Made by a program: the position numbers and the translations under genes. Positions 63,657 through 64,000 of a DNA stretch of 64,000 nt are shown one piece after another (the first letter of the stretch is position 1; each line of letters opens with the position of its first letter). This DNA is from Glaucostegus cemiculus (taxonomy: Eukaryota): positions 4,216,001 through 4,280,000 of the forward strand of contig CDPCPM010000061.1 in assembly GCA_976551045.1 (NCBI GenBank), written 5' to 3'. Below the pieces are notes generated by a model. The model worked only from the letters and a program-made list of their open reading frames with translations. It was not told the origin of the DNA and ran no database searches.

Positions 63657-64000
63657 AAGGCCACTACTTCCACTGCCTTAAGTGTAGCAGCCAGTATAAT
63701 CAAAGACCCCACCCACCCAGGTCATTCTCTCTTCTCTCCTCTTCTATCAGTTAGAAGATACAGGAGCCTGAGGGCACGTACCACCAGGCTTAAGGACAGC
63801 TTCTACCCCACTGTGATAAGACTATTGAATGGTTCCCTTATACGATGAGATGGACTCTGACCTCATGATCTACCTTCTAGTGACCTTGCACCTTATTGCA
63901 CTGCACTTCCTCTGTAGCTGTGACACTTTACTCTGTACTGTTACTGTCTTTACCTGTACTACATCAACGTACTGTGTACTAACCCAATGTAATGAATTGA
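63657..64000 (+). mobile_element. Rex1-like LINE 3' fragment running off the window end
   Basis: AASIIKDPTHPGHSLFSPLLS.RRYRSLRARTTRLKDSFYPTVIRLLN in ORF 63597-63848. Confidence 0.85.

Noticed and set aside
50751-64000. SPOCK2 microexon (EVE) and next exon (DDY..W); aatgactacttt near 62653 considered
   Set aside because: No candidate with a proper AG acceptor and GT donor was found by eye, and the 62653 match hits a stop. These exons probably lie beyond the window, though a 9-nt exon could be missed.

Overview
Eukaryotic (vertebrate) genomic DNA. The repeat content (HE1/V-SINEs, Deu-domain SINEs, CR1, Rex1/Babar, Penelope) points to a cartilaginous fish, probably a batoid; this is inference. 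Two spliced genes lie on the + strand. (1) The last four coding exons of ASCC1 (7846-7965, 11085-11209, 12544-12623, 25869-25985), with canonical GT-AG junctions and compatible phases, encode the C-terminal 2H-phosphoesterase half including the second HxT motif. (2) The first coding exon of a testican, most likely SPOCK2 (50580-50750), follows head-to-tail as in mammals. The rest is intron/intergenic sequence dense in retroelements, including a young 5'-truncated Rex1/Babar LINE with an uninterrupted 798-codon ORF, several nested insertions and three minisatellites. The most notable non-obvious signal is in the abundant Penelope-derived terminal repeats, which carry minimal type-I hammerhead ribozyme motifs. 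These occur as two covarying families plus a common CUGAUGC variant, and often sit at the centre of long inverted-repeat elements. A decayed ~32-bp array rich in AP-1/MARE sites lies about 0.8-1 kb upstream of the SPOCK2 start codon. Repeat boundaries were estimated by eye and are approximate; most short ORFs in the track are spurious.
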